Below, piece by piece: positions 25,791 to 34,300 of a stretch of DNA of 48,000 bases (position 1 is its first letter; each line of letters starts with the position of its first letter). The translations under genes and the position numbers were made by a program. The notes under the pieces are model-generated. The model worked only from the letters and a program-made list of their open reading frames with translations. It was not told where the DNA came from and ran no database searches. Source of the DNA: Tolypothrix carrinoi HA7290-LM1 (GTDB lineage: Bacteria > Cyanobacteriota > Cyanobacteriia > Cyanobacteriales > Nostocaceae); NCBI GenBank assembly GCA_019358935.1, contig JAHHIK010000063.1:1-48000 (forward strand). Direction: 5' to 3'.

Positions 25791-28311
25791 TCATCTCAAT
25801 CAGCTTCGAGAACTTTATAACACTGAGGTGTCTGAGAAAAATGGCTCAGTTGTAAATCTTAACATTACTAATACTAATAGTATATTTTTAGATAATCCAG
25901 AAAAAGCTATACTAAAAACGAAAATTCTCCTTTCCACCGCAGAAACATTACCAGAAATCCGTAAGCGATGCACAAAGCATAAAAGTGCTGAAGAATTCTA
26001 TAAATTTTTGTATAAGCATGGACTTCGGCTAGGAAGAACTTTTCAGGGTATAGAAAATTTGTGGCTGGGTAAAAAAGAAGCACTAGCACAAGTAAAGCTT
26101 CAGCTTACAGAAAGCAACTCCTATAATTCTCTGAGAATTCATCCGCCTCTTTTAGAAGCTTGTCATCAAGTTCTCTTAGCAACTTTACTTGATAAAATAC
26201 ATTTGACCAATGAGCCGTCACTGTATTTACCTATGGGGTTCAAGAGTTTTCAAATCTACGAGCCGATGAGCAATCAGATTTGGAGCCATGCACTTTTGTC
26301 AAATGTAGACATTAAGGAATCAATTGAAGGGGATGTTCGCATATTTGATGAAAACGGAAAATTATTAGTAGAAGTTTTTGGTTTACAGATGCAGCGTGTT
26401 GAACACCTGAGCCATCAAACCAGCATTAAAGATAATTATGCAAATTGGTTTTATGAATTGCAATGGGAACTTAAGCCGCTGGTAAAATTAGAGTCTTTAC
26501 CTCGAGAACCAGGTAGTTGGATCGTCTTCGCCGATCGCCTGGGCATTGGTCAGACTCTGGCAAAACTTTTAGAGGCACAGGGACAAACCTGTTTTGTCGT
26601 TCATTGTCGCCAAGAAGATCGAACTCAAGTAGGTCAAATTCTGCTCGATCCAGCCGATCCTAAAGCGATGCAGGAACTAATCGAGCAGATGAAAACACAA
26701 CTGCCCTGTCGGGGTGTGGTGCATCTTTGGAGTTTGGATACGACACCCACTGAAGAAACAACAATCTCTTCATTAGAGAAGGATCAAACGCTTGCATTGA
26801 CAAGTACGCTACACTTAGTTCAAGCGCTCTTGAGGACAAACACATCTGAGTTGCCTCTGCTGTGGTTAGTGACCAGAGGAACGCAAAAAATTGGTTCAGA
26901 AGCTGATTTGCCAGCAATAGCTCAAGCTGCCACATGGGGGCTGGGACGTTCGCTTTCTATGGAGATGCCTCATATTTGGGGAGGACTTGTAGATATCGAT
27001 CGCCAATTTTCCATTGCCTCTGCTGCAAAAGCCTTGTTCGAGCAACTTTGGCATCAAGACGGAGAAAGCCAAATCGCACTCCAAAGCGATACTAGGTATG
27101 TTGCTCGGCTTGTGCCTAGCCAGAACGTGCAAATAAATACACAACCGCTAAGTTTGCATTCTGATGCAACATATCTGATTACGGGTGGTTTAGGACATCT
27201 AGGGCTGAACACCGCCCGTTGGATGGTTGACAAAGGAGCGCGACATATAGTATTAATGGGACGGAGCGATGCTTCGAGTACTGCTCGGCAAGCGATCGCT
27301 CAACTAGAAGATAATGGCGCTCAAGTCTTAGTTGTCAAAGCTGATGTCTGCAATCAAGCAGATGTTGACAGAATATTTGAGAAAATTAAGGCGTACTATC
27401 CGCCACTTCGGGGAATTTTTCATGCTGCTGGTGTCGCTGGATTTCACCCCTTGCAGGATATGACACCTGATGCGATCGAGTCTGTACTCAATCCCAAAGT
27501 AGTAGGAACGTGGAACTTACATCAAATCACTTTAGGGATGAAGTTAGACTTTTTTGTTTGTATCTCCTCTATTGCATCAGTTTGGGGATCTGAAGGACTA
27601 GCTCATTACGCAGCAGCAAACCACTTTCTTGATATATTTGCACATTATCGTCATAGTCTTAAATTACCTGCGTTAACAGTTAATGTGGGACTGTTAGCTG
27701 ATGGCGGTATGCATCGCCAGAAAGATTTTACAGGGATGGGGGAGCTACTTACTCAAATCGGGTTGAAATACTACTCCCCGCAAAATTTACTTAAAGCGGT
27801 GGAGTATTCCCTGGAAATAGGTGTCCCTCAGCAAATCATCATCGATATTGATTGGGCTATCTTTAAAGAACTTTATGAAGCACGGGAGCGCAGAACCCTC
27901 CTCAAACAAATTAACGTTCAATTGCCAAAGCCGTTTAAAGGACAATCAGGGCAACTGGGGGAGGTATTACAGCAATTAGAGAATGCATCCGAGGGCGATC
28001 GCTACGGTCTTTTGGTAGCTTATCTTCAGGCTAAAGTTGCCAAAGTTTTAAAACTCAAACATTCCCAACTACCGACTCCAGAACAAGGTCTTACTCAGAT
28101 GGGCATGGATTCTCTGACCGCAATGGAATTAAAAAATGGCATTCAAAAAGAATTAGGTATAGACATTCCCATAATACAATTTATCGGGGGAACGACTATT
28201 GCTGCTTTAGCCACTGAGTTAAACAAACAGTTGACTCAAGGGGATAGGGATCGAGAAATTGAGTTCTCAACAGACGAGCAGAATAGCGATTGGATTGAGG
28301 GGGAAATATGA
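24784..28311 (+). CDS. PKS part 2: luciferase-like monooxygenase (LLM) domain - DH C-terminal hotdog (degenerate) - KR - ACP - C-terminal docking tail
   Basis: 1175 aa. The N-terminus MKFGLMFFASS..GFSSIWTPQRH..LPIHDPIRIAEEWAVVDNLSAGRVGISFACGW is the FMN-dependent LLM fold embedded in natural-product synthases (MupA/MtaG-MOX type). It is followed by EEFYKFLYKHGLRLGRTFQGI and IHPPLLEACHQ, the second DH hotdog, with the LLD Asp replaced by Glu (GAA 26155-26157). The KR has TGGLGHLG (about 27184-) and the YAAAN Tyr at 27607-27609. The ACP is GMDSL (Ser 28111-28113). The tail is ..DWIEGEI. Confidence 0.9.
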   Translation: MKFGLMFFASSKDALIKDKYSLVIESAQFGDRHGFSSIWTPQRHLTKFGSLYPNPAVLNAVLARETRHIRLQAGSVVLPIHDPIRIAEEWAVVDNLSAGRVGISFACGWNPNDFVFFPEKYKDRYKELFNGIEVVRKLWQGESIQVTNGNGNQIDFRIYPTPVQPELPIWITAASNPQTFIKAGEIGANLLTHLLDQDIEELADKITLYRQARAKHGHNPEGIVSIMLHTFVGQDFNVVREQVRVPYCEYLKSNIRLLKGLAQSRGSRLDISTLSEKDLDEFVNFLFERFANSRGLIGTPETCLDLLRQLDSIGVDEVSCLLDFGLSKNLILEHLPHLNQLRELYNTEVSEKNGSVVNLNITNTNSIFLDNPEKAILKTKILLSTAETLPEIRKRCTKHKSAEEFYKFLYKHGLRLGRTFQGIENLWLGKKEALAQVKLQLTESNSYNSLRIHPPLLEACHQVLLATLLDKIHLTNEPSLYLPMGFKSFQIYEPMSNQIWSHALLSNVDIKESIEGDVRIFDENGKLLVEVFGLQMQRVEHLSHQTSIKDNYANWFYELQWELKPLVKLESLPREPGSWIVFADRLGIGQTLAKLLEAQGQTCFVVHCRQEDRTQVGQILLDPADPKAMQELIEQMKTQLPCRGVVHLWSLDTTPTEETTISSLEKDQTLALTSTLHLVQALLRTNTSELPLLWLVTRGTQKIGSEADLPAIAQAATWGLGRSLSMEMPHIWGGLVDIDRQFSIASAAKALFEQLWHQDGESQIALQSDTRYVARLVPSQNVQINTQPLSLHSDATYLITGGLGHLGLNTARWMVDKGARHIVLMGRSDASSTARQAIAQLEDNGAQVLVVKADVCNQADVDRIFEKIKAYYPPLRGIFHAAGVAGFHPLQDMTPDAIESVLNPKVVGTWNLHQITLGMKLDFFVCISSIASVWGSEGLAHYAAANHFLDIFAHYRHSLKLPALTVNVGLLADGGMHRQKDFTGMGELLTQIGLKYYSPQNLLKAVEYSLEIGVPQQIIIDIDWAIFKELYEARERRTLLKQINVQLPKPFKGQSGQLGEVLQQLENASEGDRYGLLVAYLQAKVAKVLKLKHSQLPTPEQGLTQMGMDSLTAMELKNGIQKELGIDIPIIQFIGGTTIAALATELNKQLTQGDRDREIEFSTDEQNSDWIEGEI
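25960..26430 (+). other. Dehydratase C-terminal hotdog subdomain with degenerate active-site motifs
   Basis: The YGP motif is degenerate (GLRLGRTFQ instead of GLxYGPxFQ). The LLDxxxQ/H motif reads LLEACHQ. The boundaries are approximate. Confidence 0.65.
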
Positions 28312-31300
28312 TTTTATCTGAGTTTTTACAAGAGATTTCAATCAAAGGTTGGAAATTATGGAGTGAGAATGGACGGTTGCGCTATCGTGCCCCCAATAAT
28401 GAAGCAACCTCCTCAGTATTAGAGCAACTTACACAGTATAAAGTAGAAATCCTGAAGTTGCTGCAACAGCCTAATCTCTTGGAGGTTTATCCCCTTTCCT
28501 ACGGTCAGCGGGCGCTATGGCTATTGTGGCAATTGGCACCTGAGAGTTGCGCGTATAACGTAGCTTTTAACTGTCGCATTCGCTCTGATGTAGATGTTGC
28601 CGCTTTGGAGAAAGTTTTTCAGGTACTGAGCGATCGCCACCCGATTTTGCGTAGCACTTTTCCAAAGCTAGGAACAGAACCGATTCAGCAGGTTAATCCC
28701 GAACAAAAAGTAGACTTCCAACAGATCGATGCTACCAACAGCCACGAGGAAGAACTGAAAACAAAGGTTATTGCCGCATATCAAACCCCGTTCGATCTCG
28801 AACGCGGACCAGTCATGCGCGTGAGACTGTTTACCAGATCGAAGCAAGAGCATATCTTATTGCTAGTCATTCACCATATTATAGGTGAAGGTTGGTCAAT
28901 CGGAATATTGCTGGATGAGTTGAAGGTGCTTTACCCAGCATTGAGAGCGGGTAGAGAGCTTACTCTTCCCCCTCCCGCACACTTGCATCAAGATTATGTG
29001 CGTTGGCAAAAGACAATAATCGATTTAGCAGAGGGAGAGCGTCTGTGGGACTACTGGCAGCAACAACTCGCAGGAGAACTACCCGTACTAAACTTGCCCA
29101 CAGATAAACCCCGACCCTCGGTACAGACTTACAATGGTGCTTCCTATCCCCTGTATCTGAGCGAAATTCTTACCCAGCAACTCAAGGAACTGGCTCAGTC
29201 TGAAGGAGCTACATTATACACGATTCTCTTAGCTGCTTTCAAGGTGCTACTGCATCGCTATACCGATCAAGATGATATTTTAGTCGGATCTCCAACTGCA
29301 AGCAGGCATCGCCCAGAATTTACGCAGATAGTCGGCTATCTGGTTAATCCAGTTGTTTTACGGACAAATTTATCAGGAAATCCCAGCTTTAAGGAGTTTC
29401 TTGCTCAAGTTCGCAACACGGTCAATGCAGCAATAGTACATCAAGATTATCCCTTTCCACTGATTGTAGAACGGCTGCAACTTCATCGCGATTCTAGTCG
29501 CTCACCTATCTTTCAAGCTTGCTTCGTCCTCCAAAAACTACAGCAAACTCCAGATGTCCTCAAATTGTATTCCAGTCAGGTAGGCACCGCCATAGAATGG
29601 GGGGGATTGGTGCTGGAACCTTATGAAGTGCCACAACAAGAAGGGCAGTTCGATTTGACTCTAGAGATAGCTGATAGCGATGCTTTGTTAGTTGGAGTCC
29701 TCAAATATAACGCTGACTTGTTTAACAAAGAAACCATCGCTCAGATGGCAAGTCATTTCCAAACGCTATTAGAAGGCATTGTAACTCACCCGGAACTGGC
29801 GATCGCTCAATTACCACTGCTGAACGAGCAACAGAGATACCAGTTGCTAGTGGAGTGGAACCAAACAGCAGCAGATTATCCACAGCATAAATGCATCCAT
29901 CAGTTATTTGAGGAGCAGGTGCAACGTACACCTAATGCCGTAGCGGTGGTGTATGAAAACCAGCAGTTGACCTACCAGCAGTTGAACGAGCGAGCCAATC
30001 AGTTAGCCCACTATCTGCAATCTTTGGGGGTAAAACCTGAGGTGTTAGTGGGTCTTTGTGTCGAACGTTCGCTAGAGATGATTGTTGGAATTTTGGGAAT
30101 TCTCAAAGCAGGTGGTGCTTATGTACCACTAGACCCTGAGTATCCCCAAGACCGTTTAGCCTATATGTTAGCAGATTCCCAAGTCCCGGTGCTGCTTACT
30201 CAAGAAAAACTTATCCCTGTGTTACCTAAGCATCCAGCGCACGTTATTTGTCTAGATACTAAGTGGGAACAAATTGCTACGGAACAAAAGACATATCCGG
30301 TAAGTGGTGTCCAACCAGAAAATTTGGCTTACGTAATTTATACTTCTGGGTCTACGGGAAAGCCGAAGGGTGTGATGAATGCTCACCAGGGGATCTGCAA
30401 TCGCTTGTTATGGATGCAAGAGGCATACCAATTGACACCCACAGATAGCGTGTTGCAAAAAACTCCTTTTAGCTTCGATGTCTCAGTATGGGAATTCTTT
30501 TGGACTTTGTTAGCAGGGGCACGTTTGGTTATTGCCAAACCAGGTGGACATCAAGATAGAGATTATTTGGTTAACCTCATTGCCCAAGAGCAGATTACCA
30601 CTGTGCATTTTGTTCCCTCGATGCTGCAAGTCTTTCTTGAAAGTCGAGATTTAGAACAATGTCACTGTTTGCGTCGGGTCATCTGTAGCGGTGAAGCCCT
30701 CCCCCTTGACCTACAGGAAAAATTCTTCCAGCGTCTTGGCGGTGAATTGCATAATCTGTACGGTCCAACAGAAGCGGCAATTGACGTGACAGCTTGGCAG
30801 TGTCAAAGAAACAGCGATTTGAGAACTGTACCTATCGGTCGCCCCATTGCCAACATGCAGATTTATATCCTCGATCCATATCTGCAACCTGTTTCCATTG
30901 GAATGACTGGTGAACTTTATATTGGGGGTATAGGAGTTGCTTGTGGCTACCTCAACCGTCCGGATTTAACTGCCGAAAGGTTTATTACCAATCCCTTCAC
31001 TAATTTTGGATTGTCGAGTCCAGAATTATCTGAAACTCAAGCGCAATTTAATAATCTAAAATCTCAAATCCAAAATTTAAATAAGAGTGAACGTCTGTAC
31101 AAAACAGGAGACTTAGCCCGCTATTTACCAGATGGCAACATTGAATTTATTGGGCGTATTGACCATCAAGTTAAGATTCGCGGCTTCCGCATTGAGTTGG
31201 GAGAGATTGAATCGGTTTTGAACACTCATCCTCAAGTGCAGCAAGTTGTAGTCATCACCAGGGAAGACCAACCAGGCAACAAGCGCTTAGTAGGCTATAT

Positions 31301-34300
31301 TGTTTGTAACTTTGAGCCACCGACCATCAACGAACTACGCAGCTTTTTGAAGCAGCAACTGCCAGAGTATATGGTGCCGGGCGCCTTCGTGTTGCTTGAG
31401 GCAATGCCGCTTACTCCCAACGGCAAGGTGGATCGCAAAGCCTTGCCTGTGTCAGCAGATTTGGCGGGAGAAAGAGAGTTTGTGCCTCCCCAAACCCTGA
31501 CTCAAGAGTTAATCGCCAACATCTTTACTGCCGTCTTGAAAGTACCAGTGGGGATCTACGACAACTTCTTTGAGCTTGGGGGACATTCCCTGCTAGCCAC
31601 CGAGATCGTATCGAAGCTGCGGCAAGCCTTTGAAATAGAAGTGCCTTTGCGATCGCTATTTGAATCTCCCACCGTAGCTGAATTAGATCGAATTTTAAGT
31701 GAATTACGTCAGGCTGAACCTCTTGGAGGGCAAAAACTTGATGTTTCTCTCCCACCTCTTGTGCCAGACCCAGACCAACGCTATCAACCCTTCCCCCTAA
31801 CTGATATTCAGCAAGCTTACTGGCTTGGTCGCGATTCCACCTTTGACTTGGGTAATATCGCAAGTCACGCTTACTTTGAGATCGATTGCTTTGACTTAAA
31901 TCTGAAACGCCTCAACCAAGCTTGGCAGCAATTAGTTGATCGTCATGATATGCTGCGGGCAGTGGTGCTACCAAACGGTCAACAGCAAGTCCAGGAACTT
32001 GTTCCTCCCTATCAGTTTCAAGTGTTGGATTTGCGCCAATCACCCCAAATTGCCACTCAGCTAGAGGCGATTCGCGATCAAATGTCCCATCAGGTCTTGC
32101 CAGCTGACCAATTGCCTCTGTTCGAGATCCGTGCTTCTATTCTAGATGAAAAGCGTATCCGCCTGCACCTCAGCATTGATGCTCTCATTGCTGATGCCTT
32201 TAGTTTAAACCTGATTGGGCAACAGTGGCTGCAACTGTACCAAAATCCTGATAGTTTGCTCCCCAAAATAGAACTGTCGTTTCGAGACTATGTTTTAGCG
32301 GCATTAGCTTTTAAGGATACACCCCAGTATCAGCGCGATCGCAAATACTGGTTAAATCGTCTAAATACTTTACCACCAGCACCGGAGTTACCATTAACCA
32401 GAAATTTAACTTCCACACAAGAACCTCAGTTCCACCGGCGCAGCGCTCAACTTTGCCCAGAAGATTGGCAGCAATTGAAAAACAAAGCTGTTCGGGCTAA
32501 TCTAACTTTTTCTAGTGTGTTATTAGCTGCTTTTGTTGATATATTAAACCTTTGGAGTAAAAATCCGAAATTTACGATCAATTTGACTCTTTTCAATCGC
32601 TTACCTTTACATCCTCAAGTTAATGACCTTGTAGGAGATTTTACTTCCCTTAACCTACTAGAGGTTGATAACTCAATAGCAGCTCCATTTACCAACCGCG
32701 CTCAACGCTTACAGCAGCAATTGTGGCAGGACTTAGATCGCCAATATTTTAGTGGAGTTGATGTGCAGCGAGAACTTCGCCGTCAGCGAGGAAGTTACCA
32801 ACCAATGGGGGTTGTATTTACTAGTATATTGGGTCTCAATTCCTTAGTTCAAGAGGAATTTAATCTCAACCAGTTGGGAGAAATGGTCTATGGAATCAGT
32901 CAAACACCGCAAGTATGGCTAGATCAGCAGATTTACGAGCAAGATGGGGCTTTAGTTTTCAACTGGGATGCGGTAAAAGAATTGTTTCCTGTAGGTCTTC
33001 TTGACGATATGTTTGAGACCTACTGCAATTGGCTGAAAAACTTAGCTACTTTTGATCGTGCTTGGGATGAACTTTACCCTCAACTGTTACCACCAGCTCA
33101 ACTTGAACTCATATCTGCTGTGAATGATACGGCAACGAGAGTTTCAGAGAAGACCTTACACGGTTTATTTATCGAGCAGGTGAAATTACGCGCCCAAGCG
33201 ATCGCTATCATTACTCCAGAGCGCACTTTGACTTATCAGGAATTGTACCTCAAAGCTAACCAACTTGGTCATCAACTACGGCAATTAGGTGCTACACCTA
33301 ATACACTTGTAGCTGTCATTATGGAGAAGGGCTGGGAACAAGTTATAGCAGTTTTAGGCATCTTAATATCTGGCGCAGCTTATTTACCTATTGACGTAGA
33401 ACTGCCTAGAGAGCGTCAATTATACTTGCTTGAGCAAGGAGAAGTCAAGCTGGTTTTAACTCAATCTCGCCTTCAGGAAAAATTATCTTTGCCAAAAAAA
33501 GTTGAATGTTTGTTAGTTGACACTGAGGAATTGTCAGAACTAAATTCAAGTTTTCTCGAATCAGTGCAGTCTAGTACTGATTTAGCTTATGTTATTTATA
33601 CCTCTGGTTCTACAGGTGTGCCCAAAGGAGTGATGATTGACCATCAAGGAGCGGTCAATACTATATTAGATATCAACCAGCGCTTTGGAGTAGGAGCAGG
33701 CGATCGCGTACTTGCTTTATCGGCTTTAAACTTTGACCTGTCGGTGTATGACATTTTCGGTTTGCTAGCAGCAGGGGGATGTCTGGTTATACCCTCACCA
33801 GAGAAAATAAAAGATCCATCTCACTGGTTAGAGTTGATGACCTCTCACCAAGTAACTTTGTGGAACACAGTGCCGGCTTTGATGCAAATGCTGGTAGAAT
33901 ATTTGACTGGAAACCCAGACAAAGTAACATTATCATTGCAATTAGCTTTATTGAGTGGGGATTGGATTCCTCTGAGTTTACCAAAACAAGTAAAAGCCCT
34001 AGGGTCAGACGTACAGGTTGTGAGCCTTGGAGGAGCAACTGAAGCCTCGATTTGGTCAATTTATTATTTAATTGAGGAGGTTGACCCAAGCTGGAAAAGT
34101 ATTCCTTATGGGAAACCCTTGCTAAATCAACGCTTTTATGTATTCAATGAGTTGATGCAGCCTTGTCCACTTTGGGTATCAGGGCAACTTTATATTGGAG
34201 GTATCGGACTAGCTCAGGGATACTGGAAAAATCAACTTAAGACACAAGCCAGCTTTATTACTCATCCCGTCACTCAAGAGCGATTATACAAAACGGGTGA

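Noticed and set aside
30990-31095. A low-complexity insertion of about 25 aa (..FGLSSPELSETQAQFNNLKSQIQNLNKSE..) between NPF and RLYKTGD in the Ser A domain, considered as a possible embedded element.
   Set aside because: It lies in a surface loop (between A6 and A7) that is known to tolerate length variation. It is in frame and has no repeat or mobile-element signature.
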